Shown: one piece after another, positions 19,829-29,826 of the stretch
How positions within the stretch are numbered: position 1 is the first letter of the stretch
Layout: each line of letters opens with the position of its first letter
NCBI GenBank assembly: GCA_040772485.1
Contig: JAXGYC010000011.1
Location: forward strand, 96,001 to 160,000
From: Sedimentisphaerales bacterium
GTDB taxonomy: Bacteria > Planctomycetota > Phycisphaerae > Sedimentisphaerales > Anaerobacaceae
Length of the DNA: 64,000 bases
Reading direction: 5' to 3'
Program-made: the position numbers and the translations under genes
Notes under the pieces: model-generated
What the model saw: the letters and a program-made list of their open reading frames with translations, nothing else
Databases searched by the model: none
Told to the model about the DNA's origin: nothing

Positions 19829-21070
19829 ATGGCGAAAGAAATCAAGCTGCCGCAACTCGGCCAGACGATGGAGGAAGGCACCGTCGTCAACTGTCTGGTC
19901 AAGGTCGGCGATGAGGTCAAAAAGGGCGACGTGATCTTCGAAATCGAGACGGACAAGGCCACGCTGGAGATGGAGTCGCCGTTCGGCGGCTTCGTCAAGC
20001 ACATCCTGGCGAAGGTCGATCAGACGCTGCTGGTCGGCGCGCCGATGATGATCCTGGGTGAGAAGGACGAGAGCGTGCCGCGAAGCTACGTGGATTCTCT
20101 GCTGGGCGTCAAGTCCGCTCCCGGTAGTCCCGCGGTCGCAGCGGCCCCGACCGCCGAGCCGGCCAAAGCCGCACCTGAGCCCGCCAAGCCGGCGGGCAAG
20201 ATCATGGCATCGCCCCGCGCCAAGAAGCTCGCGGAGGAGCTGGGCGTGGACCTGGCCACCCTGAAAGGGACAGGTCCGGCCGGCAAGATCACCGAGGTGG
20301 ACATCCAGAAGGCCGCCGAAGCAAAGTCCGCCAAGCCGGCCCCGGCCGCCAAGGCCGCACCGGCGCCGACTGCTACGGCCGGCGAAGCCAGACTTGGCGC
20401 GACCATAGCCCTCAACCGGCTCCAGCGGATCACTGCCGAACGCATGCTCAAATCCAAGCAGGAGATCCCCTGCTTCTATCTGACCGTCAAGGCCGATGTC
20501 ACAAACCTTGTCGCGCGGCGTGCCGAGATCAATGCGACCGGCGATGTGAAGGTCTCATTCAATGATTTCATCATAAAGGCGGTTGCGACAGCACTGGAGA
20601 AATATCCCATCATGACGGGCCAGCTCGCCGGCAGCGCGATCAAGCTGGCCGATGCGATCCACGTCGGGTTGGCCATCTCCGTCCCCGACGGTCTGGTCGC
20701 CCCGCTGGTCAAGGACGTGAACAAGAAGAGCCTCAAGCAGATCGCCCGCGACAGCCAGGCGCTCGTCGAACGGGCCCGCAACGACAAGCTGGACCTGTCG
20801 GACCTTGAAGGCGGCTGCACCACTGTGAGCAATCTCGGCGCCTTCGGGATCGAGTCGTTCATCCCGATCGTCGTGCCGGGCCAGTGCACCATTCTCGGCG
20901 TCGGCAAGATCACGGACACGTGCGTGCCCGACAACGGCAACATTCTCGTGCGAAAGCTGATGAACATGACGCTGTCGGTGGACCACAAGGTGGCCAACGG
21001 CGCCTACGCCGCCCAGTTCCTCGATTTCGTACGAACTCTGCTGGAGGACCCCAAGGGATTTGCCGTCTGA
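19829..21070 (+). CDS. Dihydrolipoamide acyltransferase (E2)
   Basis: Lipoyl motif ETDKA, subunit-binding ASPRAKKLA..GTGPAGKIT, Ala/Pro linkers, catalytic LSVDHKVANG. Confidence 0.9.
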   Translation: MAKEIKLPQLGQTMEEGTVVNCLVKVGDEVKKGDVIFEIETDKATLEMESPFGGFVKHILAKVDQTLLVGAPMMILGEKDESVPRSYVDSLLGVKSAPGSPAVAAAPTAEPAKAAPEPAKPAGKIMASPRAKKLAEELGVDLATLKGTGPAGKITEVDIQKAAEAKSAKPAPAAKAAPAPTATAGEARLGATIALNRLQRITAERMLKSKQEIPCFYLTVKADVTNLVARRAEINATGDVKVSFNDFIIKAVATALEKYPIMTGQLAGSAIKLADAIHVGLAISVPDGLVAPLVKDVNKKSLKQIARDSQALVERARNDKLDLSDLEGGCTTVSNLGAFGIESFIPIVVPGQCTILGVGKITDTCVPDNGNILVRKLMNMTLSVDHKVANGAYAAQFLDFVRTLLEDPKGFAV

Positions 21071-21153
21071 TACCGACGATCTGACACGTGGACTCTCGCT
21101 GGTCCCAGGTCCTCGATCGCAGACAGCCATCATACATTGAAAGGAGCGCCCCC

Positions 21154-22881
21154 ATGGCGAAGAAGACGGAAGCCAGTCAACTGCCCACGATGAAGAAGGC
21201 CACGCCGAAGGCGCCGGTGATCGGCGTGTTCGCCACCAGCGATCCGCGCATCGACCAAGACAGCCGGACGCGCGGTCAGAATATCGTGAAGATGGCCGCC
21301 GAGGCCATCAGCGGCAACGTCCTGCTGCCGGACAAGACTCCGGTGCCGGTGGTGTACTCGACGGTCCTGGTCGACGGCGAGGCCCAAGCGGACATCGTGG
21401 CCGAGCAGTTCCGCCGGGCCGGTGTCGACGTCATCGTCTGCGTGCCCGACACGTGGGCGTTCCCCCAGTTGACGACGATCTCGCTGCTCCAGCAGTTTCC
21501 TGCGAATACCCCGTTCAACATCACCTGTGGCAACAGCGGTCCCCGGCCGGGCGTCGTCTACGCCCACGCCGCCAACGGCGCCTTCGCCCAATGCGGCCGA
21601 ATGACCACGTTGAACGTCGGCACCTGGCCTGACACGGGGCCCAATCCACAGATGACCGAGCAGACCGCGAAGAATCTCATCGACTGGTGCTATGGGGCGG
21701 TAGCCGCGGTGGCGCTGCGCGGTCGTCGCGTTCTCGTCTTCGGGCACGACTCGATGGGCATGGAAACGGCGCTGGCCCACGTGCTGCCCACGCGGAACAC
21801 CTTCGGCATCGAGATCACCCGGCTGGATATGAAGCTCCTGGCCGACATGCTCAACAAGAAGGCCTACAAGGAGAAAGAACTGAAGGACCTGCGGGGCTGG
21901 ATTGACCGCTACGTCGGCAAGCGACTGGAGTTGTCCGGCGACGAGACCAGTGAGCGATTCAACCAGTCTCTGGCCATGTACCTGATCGTCCGGGACCTGC
22001 TGAACGACCTCAACGCCGTCGGCGGCGGCTTCATGAATCAGCTCGAATGGGGCAGCGATCGACGAGGCATCCCGCTGCCGGTGGCCGACGTGATGGAGTC
22101 ATTCTTCAACAGCACGTTCGATTACACCGGCAGCAAGGCTCCGGTGCCCTTCGCGACAGAGGCCGACATGCAGGGCCTGCTGACCATGCTCTTCATGACC
22201 TATCTGAGCGGCGGCAATCCCCCGCTGTTCATGGACTTCCGCAAGGTCTGGGAAGCGTGGGAGATCCAGGAACTGGCGGCCAGGCTGGGCCTCAAGAAGC
22301 TCGACAAGACCGCCGACTGGTACGTCAAAGGCCTCGTCGACGGCGACAACTCCGGCAGCGCCGCCTTCGACTGGGCGGCGACGCCTGGGGCCACGGTCAA
22401 GCAGATCATGGAACGTGTGACGATGCCGCTGGCCGATCCCGACTACTTCCCCGGCGGCGGCAACTCGGTGACATTCCTGACGCCGGCGGGCATCGACGGC
22501 ATCGCCGCCCGCATGGCGTACAGCAGCGTCACGGGGCTGTTCAGCCTGATCTGGGACGAGGCGCACACGACCGAAGTGCCGGAAGAGTTGGGCAAGGCCA
22601 TGTGCGACCTGACGAATCCGACCTGGCCGCATACCTTCGTCGTACCGAAGTACGCCAGCATGGTCGAGTACAAGCAGTACCCGCCGGCCAATCACTTCCA
22701 CATGACGTGGAACCTGCCCGTAGCCCGACTGCAGCACTGGATGGACCTGACGGGCGTGCTGAGCGTCACCCCGTGGGCGGCCCGGCCCTCGTTCATCGAG
22801 GGCTTCGATCGCCCCAGCCCGTTGATCCACCTGATCAACGGGGGCGAGAGCGTCTACAAGACCCTCACCGCCAAACGCTGA
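21154..22881 (+). CDS. L-fucose isomerase family protein
   Basis: RPGVVY, SMGM, FFNSTFD, FATEADMQG, FMDFRKVW, NSGSAA and PTWPHTF resemble FucI motifs but are divergent. Confidence 0.75.
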   Translation: MAKKTEASQLPTMKKATPKAPVIGVFATSDPRIDQDSRTRGQNIVKMAAEAISGNVLLPDKTPVPVVYSTVLVDGEAQADIVAEQFRRAGVDVIVCVPDTWAFPQLTTISLLQQFPANTPFNITCGNSGPRPGVVYAHAANGAFAQCGRMTTLNVGTWPDTGPNPQMTEQTAKNLIDWCYGAVAAVALRGRRVLVFGHDSMGMETALAHVLPTRNTFGIEITRLDMKLLADMLNKKAYKEKELKDLRGWIDRYVGKRLELSGDETSERFNQSLAMYLIVRDLLNDLNAVGGGFMNQLEWGSDRRGIPLPVADVMESFFNSTFDYTGSKAPVPFATEADMQGLLTMLFMTYLSGGNPPLFMDFRKVWEAWEIQELAARLGLKKLDKTADWYVKGLVDGDNSGSAAFDWAATPGATVKQIMERVTMPLADPDYFPGGGNSVTFLTPAGIDGIAARMAYSSVTGLFSLIWDEAHTTEVPEELGKAMCDLTNPTWPHTFVVPKYASMVEYKQYPPANHFHMTWNLPVARLQHWMDLTGVLSVTPWAARPSFIEGFDRPSPLIHLINGGESVYKTLTAKR

Positions 22882-22910
22882 ACCATCGTATCGCACAAAC
22901 AGGAACTGAG

Positions 22911-22939
22911 GGGAGCCCGAACGCCGGGCTCCCTTTTTT
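22911..22939 (+). terminator. Rho-independent terminator
   Basis: GGGAGCCCG-aacgc-CGGGCTCCC-TTTTTT. Confidence 0.9.
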
Positions 22940-23089
22940 CACGCGCTGCGAAGACATCCGCCGACCTTTGAGTTCGTCTCGGCGCATCCTCGGTCAGAAT
23001 CGGAGGTTTGGCGTTCGCGGCACGAGGAAAACCCGCTATAATACGAGCTGATTCGGGCATCATGACAGACCAACGGGAGTCAAGAACCA

Positions 23090-25561
23090 GTGTCAAAGTC
23101 GGTTCGAAATCTCTTGTGGGCCGCCGGCGTCGTCGCGGCCGGCTTCGCGGCCAGCATGACCGTTCTTGCGATTCGTCAGGCGAGCCCCGATGCACAGGCA
23201 GTACTGGAATCCCTCGCCCGGACGACGCCAGGCCATCGGGTGGTCATCGGATACCCCCTCGACGGGACCCTGTTCCCGCCCGAGATCAGCGCTCCTGTCT
23301 TTCGGTGGAACGACCAGGACGCTCGCTCGGACACATGGCTCGTCTCGGTGGAGTTTCGTGACGGCGCAGACCGCATCGACGAGATCACGCAGCAACCTGA
23401 ATGGCGACCGACAACCGCAATTTGGGACCAGATCAAACGCCGGTCCCTCGATGCGCCGGCGGTGGTGACAATCGCCGGACTCCATCGCCGCCGTCCGTCG
23501 GAGGTCCTGTCCGCAGGACGCGTGACGATCTGCACCTCATCGGACCCCGTCGGGGCGCCGCTGTTCTACCGCGAGGTGAATCTTCCCTTTGTCGAGGCCG
23601 TCAAGGACCCGTCCAACATTCGCTGGCGCTTCGGTGCGATCTCGTCGACCGAGCCTCCGCCGATCATCCTGGAGAACCTGCCCGTGTGCGGCAACTGCCA
23701 CTCGTTCTCCGCCGATGCGACCGTGCTGGGAATGGATGTCGACTACGCCAACAACAAAGGCTCGTATGCCATCGCCCCGGTCCGCGAGTCCATGGTTCTC
23801 GACGCAGACACGATCATCACCTGGAGCGACTACAAACGAGACGAGGGCGATCCGACCTTCGGCCTGCTCTCGCAGGTTTCTCCGGACGGGCGGTACGTGG
23901 TCAGCACGGTCAAGGACGAATCCGTCTTCGTGCCCAAGCCGGGCCTGGAGTTCTCCCAGTTGTTCTTCCCGGTCAAGGGAATTCTGTGCATCTACGACCG
24001 CCAGACCGGCGAGTTTCGCGCGCTGCCGGGGGCCGATGACCCCAACCTCGTGCAGAGCAACCCAACCTGGAGCCCGGATGGAAAGGAAATCGTCTTTGCG
24101 GCGACAGAGGCCTACAAGCTGCGAAAGGCCGGCAACGAGCGCAAGGTGCTGCTGGGTCCTGAGGACTGTCGCGAGTTCCTGGAGGAGGGCAAGCCGTTCA
24201 AGTTTGACCTCTATCGTATTCCGTTCAACGAGAGCCGAGGCGGCAGAGCACAGCCCGTGGTCGGGGCCTCCTTCAACGGCAAGAGCAACTTCTTTCCCCG
24301 GTTCTCCCCGGACGGCAGGTGGATCGTGTTCTGCCAGGCGGAGAACTACATGCTTCTCCAGCCGGACAGCGAAATGTATATCATTCCCGCCGAGGGCGGC
24401 CAACCCAGGAGGCTGCGCGGCAACACCAAACGCATGAACTCCTGGCATAGCTTCTCGCCCAACGGCAAGTGGCTCGTCTTCTCGGGCAAGCCCGATTCGG
24501 CGTACACCCGCCTGTATCTGACCCACATCGACGAGGACGGCGAGAGCACACCGCCGGTCGTTCTCGATCGCCTGACCGCCCCCGACCGCGCCGCCAACAT
24601 ACCGGAGTTCGTCAACGCCAGCCCAACCGCGATCCGGCGTATACGCGAGCAGTTCGTCGATGACCTGTCCTACGCCCGAGCCGCGTGGGAGTTCCTGAAA
24701 TCGAACGATTACCAGGGCGCCGAACGCCAGGCCCGCAAGGCCCTGGAATTGAATCCGCAGAGCGCCGACGGCCACCATTTTCTTGGATTGGCTTTGTTTG
24801 GAGCCAGGCAACACGACGAGGCCATCCGGCATCTGTCGGAAGCGGCGAAGTTACAGCCCGATGTCGCTGAAATACAGACCGAATTGGGAGTCATCCTGGT
24901 CGCCAGACGGATGCTTGATGAGGGCGTTCGCCATTTGCGCAGGGCGCTGGAACTCGACCCGAACAACGCCGAGGCGTACTTCAATCTCGGCGCCGTGTCG
25001 CTCAGCCAAGGCCAGACGCAGGAGGCCATCAGGTGCTGGCTGCGTGCGGCTGAACTCAAGCCCAGGGATCATGAGGTCCACTACAATCTGGCCACAACGT
25101 TGGAGGAACAAGGCGACGCCGACCGGGCCATCGAATACTATCGCAAGGCCGTGGAACTCAAACCCGATCATTTCGAGACGCAGGCCCGCCTGGGAACCGC
25201 CCTTTGCGTCAAAGGGGCCGTCGGGGAGGGCCTTGCGCATCTGTCCCAAGCAGTCGCCCTCGAGCCCAACGACGTCGCCGTCCGCTACAATCTCGCCATC
25301 ACCCTGGTCCGAGTCAGGCAATACGACCAGGCCATCGCACATCTCCGTCAGATCCTTCGATCCGACCCTCGCAACCTCGACGCGCTTCTTTGCCTGGCCG
25401 ACAGTTGCGTTGAAACCGGCCGGATCGACGAGGCCCTGCTTCACCTGGACGAAGCGTTCCAGGTCGCCAACTCCGCAGGCAACCAAGCCCTGGCCGGGCG
25501 GATCGCCAAACGGATCGAAGTCCTCAAGGAACGTCGACGCACCTCGAACAGCGGCCAGTAG
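23090..25561 (+). CDS. Exported PD40/TolB-like beta-propeller plus TPR-repeat protein with one CxxCH motif
   Basis: N-terminal hydrophobic helix; SPDG repeats (VSPDGRY, WSPDGKE, FSPDGRW, FSPNGKW); C-terminal TPRs; CGNCH. Confidence 0.8.
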   Translation: MSKSVRNLLWAAGVVAAGFAASMTVLAIRQASPDAQAVLESLARTTPGHRVVIGYPLDGTLFPPEISAPVFRWNDQDARSDTWLVSVEFRDGADRIDEITQQPEWRPTTAIWDQIKRRSLDAPAVVTIAGLHRRRPSEVLSAGRVTICTSSDPVGAPLFYREVNLPFVEAVKDPSNIRWRFGAISSTEPPPIILENLPVCGNCHSFSADATVLGMDVDYANNKGSYAIAPVRESMVLDADTIITWSDYKRDEGDPTFGLLSQVSPDGRYVVSTVKDESVFVPKPGLEFSQLFFPVKGILCIYDRQTGEFRALPGADDPNLVQSNPTWSPDGKEIVFAATEAYKLRKAGNERKVLLGPEDCREFLEEGKPFKFDLYRIPFNESRGGRAQPVVGASFNGKSNFFPRFSPDGRWIVFCQAENYMLLQPDSEMYIIPAEGGQPRRLRGNTKRMNSWHSFSPNGKWLVFSGKPDSAYTRLYLTHIDEDGESTPPVVLDRLTAPDRAANIPEFVNASPTAIRRIREQFVDDLSYARAAWEFLKSNDYQGAERQARKALELNPQSADGHHFLGLALFGARQHDEAIRHLSEAAKLQPDVAEIQTELGVILVARRMLDEGVRHLRRALELDPNNAEAYFNLGAVSLSQGQTQEAIRCWLRAAELKPRDHEVHYNLATTLEEQGDADRAIEYYRKAVELKPDHFETQARLGTALCVKGAVGEGLAHLSQAVALEPNDVAVRYNLAITLVRVRQYDQAIAHLRQILRSDPRNLDALLCLADSCVETGRIDEALLHLDEAFQVANSAGNQALAGRIAKRIEVLKERRRTSNSGQ

Positions 25562-25750
25562 CAGTCACACGCAGGACGCATCGCAAAAGACAGGACTCCA
25601 CCAAACACCGAGGGGGGGCGTCATCAGAACTCTCCTTCTTCTTGCGCGCGCACAAGGCCGTATTTGCCCCCGGACCCAGCCGTCTTTCCAGGCGAAAGGA
25701 GGCTCCTGCCCCTCTGCCTCAAGAACCAGAAATCGCGTTGCCCAAAAGGG

Positions 25751-25780
25751 TTGACATGCCCCGGCAGATGGGGGTATTAT
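25751..25780 (+). promoter_or_regulatory. sigma70 promoter
   Basis: TTGACA-18 nt-TATTAT upstream of the CDS at 25896. Confidence 0.6.
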
Positions 25781-25895
25781 GGTTGACAGCGACCGCGGAA
25801 ACACAGCAGATGAGATTTTTGCAGATACCTCGACGCAGGTTCGTCTATATACATAGGAGAACTGTGCTCTGGGAAGACTCAGGAGAGGAAACCCG

Positions 25896-27596
25896 ATGAA
25901 AACGTACGAATGTGTAACTGCCAGGCTGTTCTATCTGCTGCTCGCCCTGACCCTCGCTCCGATCCACCATTCGCCCGCCCGGGCCCAGGAGCCCGGCCTA
26001 GTCCCCTCTCTCATCTGGAACGTCACCGCCACAAGCAACAGAACTCCGCCAGACGATGATCTCGGCCCCGAGAACATCGTCAATCGCTCCGGCCTGAACG
26101 GCAGCAACCAGCACTCCAACTGGCCCGGCGACATGTGGCTCGCCATGCAGAGCGACGAGCCCATCTATGTCCAGTTCGAGTTCGAAGACGTTTACCAACT
26201 CGAGGAGATGTGGGTGTGGAACTACAATGAGGGCTGGTTCCTTGAACGTGGCGTCAAGGATGCCATGATCGAGTACTCTCAGGACGGGATCGACTGGACG
26301 GTTTTCGGGAATATCGAATGTGCCATGGCCACCGGCGACGACGATTACATCGCCAATACCATCGTTTCGCTGGAAGGCATCCCGGCCCGCTACGTCCGCC
26401 TTACCCTCCTGAGCTCCCATGGAATCTATGGAATCCATCCGATCATAGGGCTCAGCGAGGTTCAATTCTGGACGCTTGCGGAGCCCACCTATCAGATCTA
26501 CAACATCACCGCCACGAGCAATCTGCCCTCGGAAGAGGGTCATGAGCCCGAAAACACGGTCAACGACTCCGGCATGACCGCCACCGGCGAGCACTCGGCC
26601 GATTGGAGCGATATGTGGCTCGTCGACCCGAACGACGGCGTTGCGTACATCCAGTTCGAACTCGACGGCCTGTACGAGTTGGAGCAGATGTGGGTCTGGA
26701 ACTGCGGCGCGTGGGGTTTCCAGGCCAAAGACGTCACGATTGAGTACTCCGAAGATGGAATCGACTGGGTGGTCTTTGGCGACATCCAGATCGCCCAGGT
26801 CACAGACAGGCCCAGATTCCTCGTGAGTACCGTCGTCTCGCTGAACGGCATTGCCGCTCGGTACGTCCGACTCACGATACACAACGTGTGGGAAGACGAA
26901 AACTATGTCAGCATCATCATTGGCCCTGGGGGAGAACCCCTGGACATCGAGCTCGTCGGGCTCAGCGAGGTCCGCTTCTTCACCAAGCAACCCCTGGCGG
27001 GGACGCCTGCCTCCTACGTGCTTGTCCTGGACAGTTTCGAACAGTACACGGACGATGAAGATCTCGGTGAAGCGATCTTCCAGACGTGGGTCGACGACGT
27101 TTGGTCCGGCGGCAACGCCCGGGTCGGACACTGGTATACCCCGTTCGCCGAGACCGAAATCATCCACACCGGTTTGCAGGCAATGCCGTTCTTCTACGAC
27201 AACGCAAACTGGCCCTATTATGCCGAGACGTACAGAGACCTCGAAGGGCCGCTGCAGAATTGGCGGATCGACGGCGCCGAGGTCTTGACGCTCTATTTCC
27301 ACGGCAGCACGGATCAGGACCACGACGTCCAGACCGATTGGCTGTACGTGGTCGTCGAGGACGGCGCCGGCGGGGTCGCCATGGCATATCACCCCGATCC
27401 CCAGGCGCTGCGGAGCGGGGATTGGCAGCAGTGGTCGATCGACCTCGATGAATTCGCCGGCGTGGACCTGAGCCACGTCGTGCGTTTGACCCTGGGCGTC
27501 GGCAATCACAGCGACCTGCGTCCCGGCGGAAACAGCGTCGTATACATCGACGATATCGGCCTCGGCGCCGCGCCGCCCGAAGGCGCCGAGGATTGA
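25896..27596 (+). CDS. Secreted protein with two tandem discoidin (F5/8 type C)-like repeats and a C-terminal carbohydrate-binding-like domain
   Basis: Signal peptide; repeated NxTATSN..PEN..MWL..QFE..MWVWN..IEYSxDGIDW..ARYVRLT..GLSEV; C-terminal VYIDDI. Confidence 0.7.
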   Translation: MKTYECVTARLFYLLLALTLAPIHHSPARAQEPGLVPSLIWNVTATSNRTPPDDDLGPENIVNRSGLNGSNQHSNWPGDMWLAMQSDEPIYVQFEFEDVYQLEEMWVWNYNEGWFLERGVKDAMIEYSQDGIDWTVFGNIECAMATGDDDYIANTIVSLEGIPARYVRLTLLSSHGIYGIHPIIGLSEVQFWTLAEPTYQIYNITATSNLPSEEGHEPENTVNDSGMTATGEHSADWSDMWLVDPNDGVAYIQFELDGLYELEQMWVWNCGAWGFQAKDVTIEYSEDGIDWVVFGDIQIAQVTDRPRFLVSTVVSLNGIAARYVRLTIHNVWEDENYVSIIIGPGGEPLDIELVGLSEVRFFTKQPLAGTPASYVLVLDSFEQYTDDEDLGEAIFQTWVDDVWSGGNARVGHWYTPFAETEIIHTGLQAMPFFYDNANWPYYAETYRDLEGPLQNWRIDGAEVLTLYFHGSTDQDHDVQTDWLYVVVEDGAGGVAMAYHPDPQALRSGDWQQWSIDLDEFAGVDLSHVVRLTLGVGNHSDLRPGGNSVVYIDDIGLGAAPPEGAED

Positions 27597-27698
27597 CCGC
27601 ACCTGAGCAAGCCGCGGTAGCAGGTCCCGCTTTTCCGGTGGGGATGCCTGCGGGGCTTCGGGGTCGGCCACCGTCGGCCAGCGGTGGGAGCGCGGACT

Positions 27699-28652
27699 AT
27701 GGCGATTGAACGCACGCAAGGCAATCGGAAGGATACCGCTTGCAGCGCCTTCACGCTGATCGAACTGCTGGTGGTGATCGCGGTGATCGCGCTGCTGATA
27801 GCGCTTCTGGTGCCGGCGCTGGGCAGGGCTCGCGAGCACGCCCGCCGCGCCGTCTGCTTGAGCAATCTGCGCCAACTGACCTCCGCCTGGATCGCCTATG
27901 CGGATCAGAATGACGGAAAACTCGTCAACGGCCACGCCCTTAATGGCCCTCCACAAGTCAACTACGTCAGGAGGGAGAGTTGGATCAGGCGGGAGAGTTG
28001 GATGGGTCGAGCCTTCGGCTGGCCGCCCGACCGCGCGACCCTCATCGCCGACCCCAATAAGGGCGCGCTCTGGCCCTATATTAGGGACATCGATGTCTAT
28101 CGCTGCGCCAGCGGCCGGAAGGGACATCTGGCTACCTACCAGGTGGTCACCAGCGCCAATGCGGCGAACGTAGGGAATGCAGAAGAGGGGACCATATTGC
28201 GCAATACTCTTGTAGACCTCGAAGGCATCGGCGTACGCGTCGGGCGGACTGTCCTGCACCTGACGCGGATCACGGATATCGTCAATCCCGGCAGGCGCGC
28301 GGTCTTCATCGACGCAGGCCAGATCGACCCCTGCTTCAGGGTCCCTTATCTCTACCCCAAATGGGACTGCGCCAGTCCTCCGCCCATCCATCACCAGGGT
28401 GGTGCCACGTTGTCCATGGCCGACGGCCACGGCGAATACTGGCGTTGGAAAGGCGCTGAAACCCTGGCCGTACCGCGCAAAGAAGTCGAAGCGTACAACG
28501 GCCTCAGCAACGAGTGGCTGACCAACGCGTCCGGCCTGTACGGGGCCTATGAGCCCCAGACCGAGGACGGCCGCTACGACTTGCAGAAAGTGCAGAGAGC
28601 CGTCTGGGGCCGCCTCGGGTATGCGCCCCCGCGGAAGCGGAGGGCTCCCTGA
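27699..28652 (+). CDS. Prepilin-type N-terminal methylation / H-X9-DG protein, copy 1
   Basis: [50 protein letters not shown]. Confidence 0.9.
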   Translation: MAIERTQGNRKDTACSAFTLIELLVVIAVIALLIALLVPALGRAREHARRAVCLSNLRQLTSAWIAYADQNDGKLVNGHALNGPPQVNYVRRESWIRRESWMGRAFGWPPDRATLIADPNKGALWPYIRDIDVYRCASGRKGHLATYQVVTSANAANVGNAEEGTILRNTLVDLEGIGVRVGRTVLHLTRITDIVNPGRRAVFIDAGQIDPCFRVPYLYPKWDCASPPPIHHQGGATLSMADGHGEYWRWKGAETLAVPRKEVEAYNGLSNEWLTNASGLYGAYEPQTEDGRYDLQKVQRAVWGRLGYAPPRKRRAP

Positions 28653-29826
28653 CGCAGTGGGAGTGCGGACTATGGCAACTGGACGCACGGAAGACAACCG
28701 GAAGGATTCCGCCGGCAGCGCCTTCACCCTGATCGAGTTGCTGGTGGTGATCGCGGTGATCGCGCTGCTGATGGCGCTTCTGGTTCCGGTGCTGGGCAGG
28801 GCTCGAGAGCACGCCCGCCGGGCCGTCTGCCTGAGCAACCTGCGCCAGCTCACACTCGCATGGCTGACCTATGCCCACGAATACGACGGCGCGCTTATCC
28901 ACGGCCGTGCTTTTGGCGTCGCAGGACACCGTCACAACAATGAACCGTGGCGCTGGGCGCGCGGCTGGTTGGGCCGGGCCTTTCTGGAGACGGACCGCTC
29001 GGCCATTTTGGAACATCCGGACAAGGGGACCTTATGGCCCTATATCAGCGACGTGGACTTCTACCGCTGTCCCAACGGAACGCCCGGCCATCTGGCCACC
29101 TATCACATTGTCTCGGCCGCCAATGGCACACCCATGGAAGGAACCTATGTGCCGCAGACGGAGGATAGAAAGACGCTGCACCCGTTGGGCAAACGCGTGG
29201 GCGGGACGGTCCTGTTCCTGAACCGTTTGGAGCAGATCACTCGTCCCGGCCCTGCCCAGCGGGCTGTCTTCATCGACTATGGACAGGCGAGCGACGGTGT
29301 TTTCTCCGTTCACTACCTTCATCCCTTATGGCATTGGTCGGACCCGCCTCCCATCCGGCATGCCGGCGGCATAACCTTGTCGTGTGCAGACGGCCACGCT
29401 GAGTATTGGAAATGGAGGGGCCGTGAAACCCTGGACATCCCACGCGAACTGTTTCCCGGTCCCGATCTCCTTGTGGAAGTCGTGGCAGAGGAAGCAAGAA
29501 CAAGGGTAAACGACATTTCCGGCTACGAACCGCAGACCGAGGACGGCCGCTACGACTTGCAGAGATTGCAAAGAGCCGTCTGGGGCCGCCTCGGGTATGC
29601 GCCCGCGCGGAAGCGGAGGGCTCCCTGACGCAGTGGGAGTGCGGATTATGGCAACTGAACGCACGGAAGACAACCGGAAGGATTCCGCCGGCAGCGCCTT
29701 CACGCTGGTCGAGCTGCTCGTGGTGATCGCGGTGATCGCCCTGCTGATGGCACTTCTGGTGCCGGTGCTGGGCAGGGCTCGAGAGCAGGCCCGCCGGGCC
29801 CTCTGCCTGAGCAATCTGCGCCAACT
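28557..29826 (+). repeat. Near-identical ~290-bp direct repeats spanning the gene junctions (28557-28850 and 29533-29826, offset 976)
   Basis: CAGACCGAGGACGGCCGCTACGACTTGCAGA...GGAAGCGGAGGGCTCCCTGACGCAGTGGGAGTGCGGA..ACGCACGGAAGACAACCGGAAGGATTCCGCCGGCAGCGCCTTCAC occurs twice; partial copies lie at ~27684-27880 and ~30500-30592. Confidence 0.9.
28672..29628 (+). CDS. Prepilin-type N-terminal methylation / H-X9-DG protein, copy 2
   Basis: [31 protein letters not shown]. Confidence 0.9.
   Translation: MATGRTEDNRKDSAGSAFTLIELLVVIAVIALLMALLVPVLGRAREHARRAVCLSNLRQLTLAWLTYAHEYDGALIHGRAFGVAGHRHNNEPWRWARGWLGRAFLETDRSAILEHPDKGTLWPYISDVDFYRCPNGTPGHLATYHIVSAANGTPMEGTYVPQTEDRKTLHPLGKRVGGTVLFLNRLEQITRPGPAQRAVFIDYGQASDGVFSVHYLHPLWHWSDPPPIRHAGGITLSCADGHAEYWKWRGRETLDIPRELFPGPDLLVEVVAEEARTRVNDISGYEPQTEDGRYDLQRLQRAVWGRLGYAPARKRRAP

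Noticed and set aside
20100..20400. Repetitive GCC/CCG-rich sequence in E2
   Set aside because: Ordinary Ala/Pro/Lys-rich inter-domain linkers of dihydrolipoamide acyltransferases
25998..28853. 951-aa minus-strand ORF, and other long antisense ORFs such as 5431..7248, 10419..12464 and 59973..61607
   Set aside because: Shadow ORFs opposite well-supported genes in high-GC DNA, with no recognisable motifs
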